Source: an uncultured archaeon
Lineage (GTDB): Archaea > Asgardarchaeota > Lokiarchaeia > Sigyniarchaeales > SOKP01
Length of the DNA stretch: 64,000 nt
Direction of reading: 5' to 3'
Assembly: GCA_964632315.1 (NCBI GenBank)
Contig: CAZWEM010000004.1
Span: 64,001 to 128,000, forward strand
Below, one piece after another: positions 42,479 through 50,690 of this stretch (positions within the stretch are counted from its first letter, which is position 1; every line of letters starts with the position of its first letter). Below the pieces are notes generated by a model, which saw only the letters and a list, made by a program, of their open reading frames with translations, was not told the DNA's origin and did no database searches. The position numbers and the translations under genes are program-made.

Positions 42479-42517
42479 TTTTTTATCTTCCTCAATATTA
42501 TGAATTATTTTGTATTT

Positions 42518-43066
42518 TCATATGATTTCAATCAAAGCTAATTGTTGAACTGAATATTGCGAGCTAACTTCCCCAATAGGCATGACTGATTGATTTAAAG
42601 CAGATCTTAAAGGTCCGTCTCCAAATAACGGGTAACCTCCTTCCGCATACGCAATTATAACCAAGTTAGGATAATTTCTAGCTATTGATAAATTTAAAGG
42701 TTGCGGAGAACGATAAGCATCTCGCCCCCATAAAATAAATGTCAGGGAATTAGGGTTGTCATTTAAAATATCCTCCACTTCTAATATACTCCAAAGAGAT
42801 ACTCCAGAGTATACTTTTTCGTAAGAATTTCCCACTCTATTTTCAAAAAAGAATTTTTGATCGATGACTTGGATATACTTACTTGATTTTAATTCGTTTA
42901 AATTGATCGTTATATCTCCTTTTACTCCAGATCCATTAATTTTTATGGTATTTGGATTCTGAAATAAATTGATATCTAAAGTGATCACCGCATAAATCGT
43001 AAGCCAAAATGCAGTTAATGCGATACATATAGACGCTACTAAAATATAAAAGTTCCTTCTATTCAT
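42518..43066 (-). CDS. Membrane-anchored protein with sulfite-oxidase-like Moco-binding fold
   Basis: N-terminal TM; YSGVSLWSIL, GRDAY, IIAYAEGGYPL.GDGPLR. Confidence 0.7.
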   Translation of the reverse strand: MNRRNFYILVASICIALTAFWLTIYAVITLDINLFQNPNTIKINGSGVKGDITINLNELKSSKYIQVIDQKFFFENRVGNSYEKVYSGVSLWSILEVEDILNDNPNSLTFILWGRDAYRSPQPLNLSIARNYPNLVIIAYAEGGYPLFGDGPLRSALNQSVMPIGEVSSQYSVQQLALIEII

Positions 43067-43079
43067 AGAATTCTCAATT

Positions 43080-43943
43080 TTAATAATTTTTGGTATAATA
43101 TTTTTTTTTATAATAATAGATTATTGATATAAGGCTAATCCCTAGCAATAAGTTAATTATTGGAAATCCATCTATGCTTTCACTCTGGAATATCAAATTA
43201 AGAGAATGAGTATATGATACGGAATGATCCTGACTAAATGCAGAATCATTAATTACTCCTATATTAAATTCATATAATTTGGTTCTATCAAATTGAATGT
43301 CAAAATCCTTATCAGATGTGGATAGTTTTCTAGAAATCTCTAATGTATAATGGGAATTAAAGGCTGTTGTATATCCAAGTCCTATTGTTGAGAGATCATT
43401 TTCATTGGTATGACCGTTAGGACCAAAACTTTGGTCTATCCCAAAGCCATTTGAGTTATTAATCGGCGAAAGCTCATTGATGTACCAAACCCATGAATCA
43501 ATATATCCACCGCCCATATGAGAAGTATCCATCCCACCTGGGTAATATGCGGTAAAATTAGGCACGTTTATATTCCAACACATATAAAACCCATCTCTAG
43601 TACTTGGATGAGTGGTATGATCTGGCCAAACACATAAAATAAAGAGATTATTATCATTTCTTATAAATGACATGTTAAGAGTAGTGATAATGGCATGGTC
43701 TATAGTGGAGACATTAATTTGAGCATGACCTTCATTATTTTCTTGCCAAAAAGTCTCATTTGTAATACCATCTAATCGTATATTAGCATTTGGATAATAA
43801 GGAACGTTTATTATTTGTCCTGTATGATGTTCTCTACAATCTCCAGAGAAAGCTTTTGAAATTGGGATGATAAATAGAATTATAAGGAAAAAAAACAATA
43901 AAGAGACATTTAATAGTTCTTTAAGTTTCAATTTTACTCTCAC
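43080..43943 (-). CDS. Secreted DOMON/EB_dh-like protein with Loki-CTERM-like anchor
   Basis: Signal peptide, IRLDGITNETFW, LCVWPD, IDSWVW, YTLEISRKLSTSD..DIQF, C-terminal IDGFP-TM-KKK. Confidence 0.7.
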   Translation of the reverse strand: MRVKLKLKELLNVSLLFFFLIILFIIPISKAFSGDCREHHTGQIINVPYYPNANIRLDGITNETFWQENNEGHAQINVSTIDHAIITTLNMSFIRNDNNLFILCVWPDHTTHPSTRDGFYMCWNINVPNFTAYYPGGMDTSHMGGGYIDSWVWYINELSPINNSNGFGIDQSFGPNGHTNENDLSTIGLGYTTAFNSHYTLEISRKLSTSDKDFDIQFDRTKLYEFNIGVINDSAFSQDHSVSYTHSLNLIFQSESIDGFPIINLLLGISLISIIYYYKKKYYTKNY

Positions 43944-45091
43944 GAACTTGTGATTGTGACGTTTATTAAATAAAGGTATTTAATATATTGAGCTCTTGGC
44001 CGACCAGGAACTAATATACTAAAAGGTCCACTATCGTATCCTAATTCTCTAGCATAAGGCCAAACTGGATCAGTTACACCAAAACCTGTTTCTCCCCATT
44101 CTCTTTGTTTATTTACTAAACACATAAGGAGATTCGTATCTGGTAGGGGGACTCCTGTAAGATCTTGTTGAGATTTATTGACTCTATCTGCAGCAATATA
44201 GGGAGGGACAATACCATCTTCAACATCTGATTGATCATATGCAGCGACATCTTCACTTGGACTAACAACCCCATCCACAGCATATAGTCTCAATGAATAA
44301 TTCTTTCCGTTAGCAGAAGTATGTGATATTATTTCGGAGATATTCCGACCCCAGTACTGTCTATTAAAATTCCAATCATCAAATCTGTTATAGGAATAAT
44401 TTGCAGTAAATTCATTAAGATTCTTATTTTGTGGAGTTATCTCATACTCCTCTACTCCATCAACTTGTACTGAGACTGTCCAGTTATCTTGTACTGCTAT
44501 CTTTTCTAAATTAAGGCATTGAACATTCCAGTTTTTACCTATTATTGAAAAATTACCATAAGTATCACCTAATGGAGAATCTGCTAACCATTTGTTATCC
44601 GCTGCTATAACAATTACTAATGGATCCTGCGGACCTTTATACATTTTTTGCACTATATTTTGAGAAGAAACTTGTTCTTGTACCGTTTGTCCTTTAGCAG
44701 TTAAATTCATAGTATTTGCGTAAAAGGTATCAAATTTTTCGAGTACATTTAATAAATCTACTCCTGTTACTAAATGATCATCATAATAAAATTGATAACA
44801 AAATATCACGTCTTTATATTCATTGATTCTTGAACCAGACGTGTCTTCATCTTCCTCCATAGCTAATTGAATCCCTTCTAAAATGTCTGATAGAGTTATC
44901 TTTATTGTATTTGTTTGATTGTCAAGCATAAAGTAGGCACCATTAGGAGCAGTACTCCAATCAGCGGGTAGCCCTTTATATCCTTCTTCTTGAGGTTGAG
45001 GTTGATTCAGAATGAATATTAATCCAATTCCACCAGCAATCGCTACTATTGCAATTAAGCTTATTCCAATGTAGATATCTTTTTTCTTCAT
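43940..45091 (-). CDS. Membrane-anchored protein with two divergent Moco-binding-like domains
   Basis: N-terminal TM; TGVDLLNVL, YWGRNISEII, YAVDG, GPFSILVPG...YIKYL. Confidence 0.6.
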   Translation of the reverse strand: MKKKDIYIGISLIAIVAIAGGIGLIFILNQPQPQEEGYKGLPADWSTAPNGAYFMLDNQTNTIKITLSDILEGIQLAMEEDEDTSGSRINEYKDVIFCYQFYYDDHLVTGVDLLNVLEKFDTFYANTMNLTAKGQTVQEQVSSQNIVQKMYKGPQDPLVIVIAADNKWLADSPLGDTYGNFSIIGKNWNVQCLNLEKIAVQDNWTVSVQVDGVEEYEITPQNKNLNEFTANYSYNRFDDWNFNRQYWGRNISEIISHTSANGKNYSLRLYAVDGVVSPSEDVAAYDQSDVEDGIVPPYIAADRVNKSQQDLTGVPLPDTNLLMCLVNKQREWGETGFGVTDPVWPYARELGYDSGPFSILVPGRPRAQYIKYLYLINVTITSS

Positions 45092-45127
45092 TTTTTATGA
45101 AACTGAGTTTAATTGATTTAGATAATT

Positions 45128-45151
45128 CGATATAAATTATTAAACATAACG
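45128..45151 (-). promoter_or_regulatory. ModE-box-like operator overlapping a TATA-like element
   Basis: CGATATAAA-TTATTA-AACATAACG fits CGNTATATA-N6-TATATANCG and lies 37 nt from the 45091 start. Confidence 0.55.
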
Positions 45152-45253
45152 TTTTTAATTCGACTAATTTAACATTTGTTATATTATTTATTTAATTGAG
45201 GGAATCTAATATCCTCATTAATTGTTAAAAAGAAAAAAAAAAAGACTTATATG

Positions 45254-46678
45254 TTATACCAAAATTAGCATTTCTATACAATTTCTATTCCAATACGGCC
45301 CTAGATTGATATCTGATTGTACCGTCATGTTGATTATGGATCGGAAAGGACCATCATCCAAGGGATCAAAATCAGTTCCACCGTAGGCAAAAATGCATTC
45401 AGCATAACCAGCGTTCATAAGTTTAGTGATGTTCAAATAACCTTCTGCATGTTCCACAGAATTATACCCATCAGCTGCGATGAACGTATAATTTACGGCT
45501 CCACCTGTTAGTAAAGATTCTTTTTCGAGAATATCCCTGATGGAAACGCCTGAATATGTCCCATTTCTATCTATGCTTCGGGCATAAAATTGATTCGTAA
45601 ATTGCTGGTATTTACTTGATGTTAATTGTGTCATTGTCAATGATATACTACCCGTAGTTCCGCTACCATCAAAAGTGATAAAGGGTTCCCCTATAATTTG
45701 CATCTCCGTACAATTTCTATTCCAAAACTTGCCAAGATTAGGATCTGGATTTACTGTCATATTGATGATTGATCGAACAAGTCCATCACTTTCAGGATCA
45801 AAATCTGTACCACCGTAGGCAAAAATGCATTCAGCATAGCCAGCATTCATCAATTTAGTGATGTTAAAATAACCACCAGCAGCTACCGCAGAATTATAGC
45901 CATCAGCTGCGATGAATGTATAATTTACGGCTCCACCATTCAATAATGATTCTTTTTCGAGAATATCCCTGATGGAAACGCCTGAATATGTCCCATTTCT
46001 ATCTATGCTTCGGGCATAAAATTGATTCGTAAATTGTTGGTATTCACTTGATTGCAAATCAGACATGGTTAGTGATAAAGCACTTGTCGTTCCACTACCC
46101 CATATCGTCATTACTACATCTTCTGGTTCAACTCCTGCTATGATTTGCATCTCAGTACAATTCTTATTCCAAAACTTGCCAAGATTTTCATCTGGAAATA
46201 CGGTTATGTTGACGATTGATCGAATAAGACCATCTACTTCTGGAATAAAATCAGTTCCACCATATGCAAAGATGCATTCATCATAATCAGCATTAATCAA
46301 ATCATTGATATTAAAGAAGTAGCCAGCAGCTACAGCAGAATCATACCCATCGGCTGCAATAAATGTAAAATTTAATGCATCACCAGTCAATAGGGATTCT
46401 TTTTCGAGAATATCTCGAATGGAAACACCGGAGTAAGTTGCATTTCTATCTATACTTCGGGCATAAAATAGATTCGTAAATTGACGATATTTACTCGATT
46501 TTAGCTCGGACATGGTTAATGTGAAATCATTCGTGGTCCCACTGCCCTTTATAGTCAATACTACATCTTCTTCTTGACTTGGAGGTTGATTCATAACAAA
46601 ATAAACACCAATGCCAATTCCAGCTCCTACTAAGACAATTATTAAAACTATAATTCCAATTTGAGCACTTTTTTTCAT
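45254..46678 (-). CDS. Membrane-anchored surface protein with three tandem Moco-binding-like domains
   Basis: N-terminal TM; three repeats of YSGVSIRDILEKE..FIAADGY..CIFAYGG..DG.(I/V/F)RSI..WN.NC. Confidence 0.75.
   Translation of the reverse strand: MKKSAQIGIIVLIIVLVGAGIGIGVYFVMNQPPSQEEDVVLTIKGSGTTNDFTLTMSELKSSKYRQFTNLFYARSIDRNATYSGVSIRDILEKESLLTGDALNFTFIAADGYDSAVAAGYFFNINDLINADYDECIFAYGGTDFIPEVDGLIRSIVNITVFPDENLGKFWNKNCTEMQIIAGVEPEDVVMTIWGSGTTSALSLTMSDLQSSEYQQFTNQFYARSIDRNGTYSGVSIRDILEKESLLNGGAVNYTFIAADGYNSAVAAGGYFNITKLMNAGYAECIFAYGGTDFDPESDGLVRSIINMTVNPDPNLGKFWNRNCTEMQIIGEPFITFDGSGTTGSISLTMTQLTSSKYQQFTNQFYARSIDRNGTYSGVSIRDILEKESLLTGGAVNYTFIAADGYNSVEHAEGYLNITKLMNAGYAECIFAYGGTDFDPLDDGPFRSIINMTVQSDINLGPYWNRNCIEMLILV
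45257..46567 (-). repeat. Three intragenic tandem repeats (spacings of 447 and 432 nt)
   Basis: gattctttttcgagaatatc occurs at 45516, 45948 and 46395; 45516-45604 is identical to 45948-46036. Outer boundaries are approximate. Confidence 0.9.
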
Positions 46679-46737
46679 ATTTATCAGTTAGGTTTTTTAA
46701 AAGATTTATGTCTAATTTGTAATTAGTGTTATTTAAG

Positions 46738-46761
46738 TGTTATGTATGGACAGTCATAACG
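46738..46761 (-). promoter_or_regulatory. ModE-box-like palindrome upstream of the operon
   Basis: TGTTATGTA-TGGACA-GTCATAACG (GTTATG-N10-CATAAC), adjacent to a minus-strand TTAAATAA TATA-like box. Confidence 0.55.
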
Positions 46762-47030
46762 TAGAAAACAAGTTGTTAACACGTAAGAGAACTTTAGAAT
46801 AAATTTTGGTAATAACATTTAATACGCTTTTTCGAATCAAGTTTACGTGTACAAGTCTATTTTCAGCCAACCTAAGTGGATAGAGAGGATATTTATCGTA
46901 AGTGTACCAAATCTCGTTTATTATCATTTAAAATTAGTATTTAATGATTTGAAATGAATCTTTTTAATTTTGATATGAAAAAAGAATAATCTTACGATTT
47001 TTATGATAAAATTAAGTGAGATAAAAATAA

Positions 47031-47768
47031 TTAAGGTAAAGTAATTATATTTGTGCTCTCATCAAGATTGATAATACTCTTTACAGCTAATTGTTTTATA
47101 GTTCTAACAGCCATTATCGGGGGAACATCTAATAATTTCTTTAACTCATCAAGATTACAACTCCCTTGATCCATTATGGTTGCAATGATATCTACTTCAG
47201 GGATTTCCTGCTCAGAATTTTCAATTAAGAAAGATGTAAAGAAGTTATTCCGTTTTAAATAGGTCATTTTTTTATTTAATTCTTCCATTTTATCTTGTGT
47301 ATAAAGAGTTTTTAATTGAGCTTCTCGTGCTTCATTATCAATCTTTTGTTGTTCTAACTGGCTTTTTTCTTTTTCCTCAGCTAAAATTTTGTCATTTAGG
47401 ACTGACAAATTCGATTGAACATCATTTAACTCCATAGTTGGAGTGTTGAGTTCATTTTGTAGTCTTTCAAGAGTGGTAGTTAATTCTGTTGATTTTTTTG
47501 TTAACTCCAGTTTTGATGCTTTTAAATCATTTAATTTTGAATCAAAATCCCCAAATTTCGTTTTTAGTTCAGTTAGTTCTGAATTTTGAATCTCCAAGTT
47601 GGATTCAAGCTTTTTAATCTCTTCTTGTTCAGTTTTTAACATCTTCCACGAATTTCCAATATTTTGAATTGCATCTTCAGTATTTTTTTTAAATGATTGA
47701 ACGTACTCATCAAAGTTCGATTCTAACTGTTCAATAGCAGCAAGTACATCTTTTAAGTTTGAGCTCAT
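47031..47768 (-). CDS. Long coiled-coil protein with C-terminal winged helix
   Basis: ~170 aa of heptads, then IIATIMDQGSCNLDELKKLLDVPPIMAVRTIKQLAVKSII. Confidence 0.75.
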   Translation of the reverse strand: MSSNLKDVLAAIEQLESNFDEYVQSFKKNTEDAIQNIGNSWKMLKTEQEEIKKLESNLEIQNSELTELKTKFGDFDSKLNDLKASKLELTKKSTELTTTLERLQNELNTPTMELNDVQSNLSVLNDKILAEEKEKSQLEQQKIDNEAREAQLKTLYTQDKMEELNKKMTYLKRNNFFTSFLIENSEQEIPEVDIIATIMDQGSCNLDELKKLLDVPPIMAVRTIKQLAVKSIINLDESTNIITLP

Positions 47769-48536
47769 TTAAAAATCAACCTCTTCTTTTAATTTTATAG
47801 TTTCAGATTGTTCATCATAGATAATGGGTCCATTTTCTTCAAGCATTTTAGCTATGAATCTTTTCGCTTTATCTTCTCGCATATCAATTGCAACTAATAT
47901 GTTTTTTAAATCAAGCGTACTACCTACTTGGAGAGTTTTTATAAGTTGTAATAAAGAAGAGTTAAGATATTTCTTATTTATCAAAATTTTCATAGCAGCG
48001 ACTCTATTTTCGTATGACTGCACATATCTTTCCTTCTTGAGAAAGGTTTTTTCAAGTTCATCTTCAAGATCTTTTAGTTTTGAAGAAAAAATTTCATTTT
48101 CTCGGGAAAGTTCCATGAGAACATTTTCCAATTCTTTCAATCTTTTGTTTCGATTCTCAAATTCTTCTCTCTTTGATTTGATCGCCAAATTTGTTGATTC
48201 TATAGCTTTGTGATTTTCATCTATCTCATTTAGCAATTTTTGTCTTTTTTCTGATAATAATTTATTATCCTCTTCAAAATTCCCGATATCTCGCTGAGTT
48301 TGAGATATCTTATTTTTAAGATTGTTGATCTCCTCGTAGTTTTCTTCGATTTGTTTTATTAACTTATTTTTTTCTTTTTCATAATTTTCAATAGCTTCTA
48401 AAACAAGTTCGGGTTGCGCCCTTAATTTCGGGATATAATCACTATTTACCCCGCTTATATTAACAATTGTTGAAACTATTTTTTTTAAAGATGTTTTGGC
48501 ATCTAGAAGTGGAACTTCACTCATCCTTATCTCCAA
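47769..48536 (-). CDS. Long coiled-coil protein with C-terminal winged helix (similar architecture to neighbour)
   Basis: Heptad region, then LDLKNILVAIDMREDKAKRFIAKML...IIYDEQSETIKL; stop abuts the next ATG. Confidence 0.72.
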   Translation of the reverse strand: MEIRMSEVPLLDAKTSLKKIVSTIVNISGVNSDYIPKLRAQPELVLEAIENYEKEKNKLIKQIEENYEEINNLKNKISQTQRDIGNFEEDNKLLSEKRQKLLNEIDENHKAIESTNLAIKSKREEFENRNKRLKELENVLMELSRENEIFSSKLKDLEDELEKTFLKKERYVQSYENRVAAMKILINKKYLNSSLLQLIKTLQVGSTLDLKNILVAIDMREDKAKRFIAKMLEENGPIIYDEQSETIKLKEEVDF

Positions 48537-48613
48537 TTTAAAATTATTTTTACCTATAAGATAGGTTTCATGTTATTAAATTTGCATTTTTAGAAACCTA
48601 TAGAATTTTAAGT

Positions 48614-49441
48614 TCAAATATTACGTGAGATTTGTTTAATAAAATTAGTTTTATTTAAACTCATTTGAAGATTTCTTCTTCTCATAACCTCGTTTAAGTC
48701 TTCAATTAACCTTTCTGCAAAATATGTAAAATTGAATTCAAATCCCGGATTTGTTTCATAATAACTTTTCAAGAAATAGTTAAGTAGGTCAATTTTAAGT
48801 TTTGGATCATTCATTTCAAAAACTCCGGGTTTAGTATCTAGCAATGAACAACTTACCCAGGCAAGATCATCAATAGGATTTCCAATGTAAGCTTCCTCAA
48901 AATCAGTTCCATAAATTTCTCTTGTTTCAGTATTGAAGATAAAGTCTCTTAACCGCGTATCCCCTTTATTTAAAACGATAATATCTTCTTTACTAACTAA
49001 ATTATTAATGTGGAGATTACCAAGCCATTCTGCTAATTTAAAGAGAGCATCCTCTATTTTTTTTCTATAACTATTATCTAAGGAAGATATATCTTCTACA
49101 TCAATTAATTTATCATTTATAAAGTCACATAAATTCTCTCCTTGGATATAGTTGAGAATAAGAAATGGACTTTTAAAAAATAGAACATCTGGAACCCTTA
49201 ATTCTTGATTTTTCAACTTGACTAACTCAGAATATTCCTTTTGAGCGTTTGTCGTCCGAAATATTTTTACTACTATATTTTTCGGGAAATGTTTTGTTGG
49301 TCTGTTAAAAATAAGTTTAGCGACGGAATTTTTTCTGCTATTTAATTTTTGGATGATAAAATAATTTAATCTATCAACGAAATCAGGAAGATCGCCCTTG
49401 AGATTACTCACAATTTCCTTTCGGATCTCTAAGAGTTCCAT
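48614..49441 (-). CDS. Atypical kinase-like (Bud32/RIO/APH fold) protein
   Basis: VVKIF, aC Glu, VPDVL, YIQGENL, catalytic loop NKGDTRLRD, GTDFEE. Confidence 0.75.
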   Translation of the reverse strand: MELLEIRKEIVSNLKGDLPDFVDRLNYFIIQKLNSRKNSVAKLIFNRPTKHFPKNIVVKIFRTTNAQKEYSELVKLKNQELRVPDVLFFKSPFLILNYIQGENLCDFINDKLIDVEDISSLDNSYRKKIEDALFKLAEWLGNLHINNLVSKEDIIVLNKGDTRLRDFIFNTETREIYGTDFEEAYIGNPIDDLAWVSCSLLDTKPGVFEMNDPKLKIDLLNYFLKSYYETNPGFEFNFTYFAERLIEDLNEVMRRRNLQMSLNKTNFIKQISRNI

Positions 49442-49651
49442 TTTTACAAAATATAAGATATTTCATATATTAAATGCTATACTATGTGTGATTTATAAAA
49501 TCATTATTATAATAATTTTTTTCTTTAAAAAATGAATTATATTTATTTTGGGCATCATCTCTTAATTAGGCGAACATCTTCGACTAAAAAATTAAATCAT
49601 TTTTAGGATATTAAAATAATAAATAAATGCGATACACAAGTTTGTTTCCTA

Positions 49652-50533
49652 ATGAACAACTATAAATATAAATTAGGGGTATTTTATGGAATTGACCCTG
49701 AAACAGAGATGCTTTCTAAAAAGTTCGTTGGAAATCTCATAAATGATGAAGAATTTTGTAAAGCATGTGAACTTCTTGAGCAAAAGGTTAAATGCGATCA
49801 CTGTCGAGAAGATAAGAAAGGTCATGCTAGTTCCATTTATTACTTTGAACAAATTGGAGAAAATGTACCAGACTTTATTGACGAACCTGCAAAATATTTT
49901 CCTAAGAGTTTACCGGAAGTTGACTTTTTATTAGTCATTGGAATTCATCAAGATTTATTGGCTGGACTTCCAGAATATCTGAAAGATAAACACTTATTAG
50001 CAGTCATCATCCCTATTGAAAATCCAAAATGGATTCCACCTGGTTTACAAGTCCAAGTTTTGGAAGAATTTGAAAAATTTGGAATTCAAGCAGCATTTCC
50101 TAAACCCTTCTGTGCATTAAGCAAAAATTTAAACCAATATAATGTAGAAGGATTCAATATCACCCATAAAAGAGATCAAATTATAAAGTTCATTGATTAT
50201 TTTAAAATTGGGGAACCAATTGTTGAATTCCTTCTTACAAAAGACGGAAGAGCTATCGAAGATACTTGTGTTCTTCAAACGGCTCCCTGTGGATCCACTT
50301 TTTTTATAATGCAACAACTTCATGGGAAATATATTGAGAATGATAAAACCAGTTTAAATGAAAAAATTAGTAAAGCACATCATTCGTATCCATGTAATGC
50401 TTCAATGGATCAAGATTCTGTTTTAAAAGAATCCATACTTCATGTTGGGGGGTATTTAATAAGAAATGAAATAAGAAAGAAACTAAACCTACCAATTGAA
50501 GAGGAGAGGAAATTAGTTTATATCATTAAATAA
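49652..50533 (+). CDS. DUF166-family protein
   Basis: FPKPFCAL, APCGST, HHSYPCNASM; additional CxxC..CxxC near the N-terminus. Confidence 0.78.
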   Translation: MNNYKYKLGVFYGIDPETEMLSKKFVGNLINDEEFCKACELLEQKVKCDHCREDKKGHASSIYYFEQIGENVPDFIDEPAKYFPKSLPEVDFLLVIGIHQDLLAGLPEYLKDKHLLAVIIPIENPKWIPPGLQVQVLEEFEKFGIQAAFPKPFCALSKNLNQYNVEGFNITHKRDQIIKFIDYFKIGEPIVEFLLTKDGRAIEDTCVLQTAPCGSTFFIMQQLHGKYIENDKTSLNEKISKAHHSYPCNASMDQDSVLKESILHVGGYLIRNEIRKKLNLPIEEERKLVYIIK

Positions 50534-50690
50534 AAAATCTAATTAGTACATTCTAAAGATTTTGTAATAATAAATAACTATTCTACAGAAATCACTTTTC
50601 ATTATCACAATAAAATATTTGAGATCTTTATGAGAAATAGGTAGAAAATTTTTAAATTTTGTTCAGTATTGAAAATTAGGTGAATTTAAT

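Noticed and set aside
45254-46678. Repeats as a CRISPR array or mobile element
   Set aside because: The repeats are in-frame protein domain duplications of over 400 nt with no spacers or terminal repeats.
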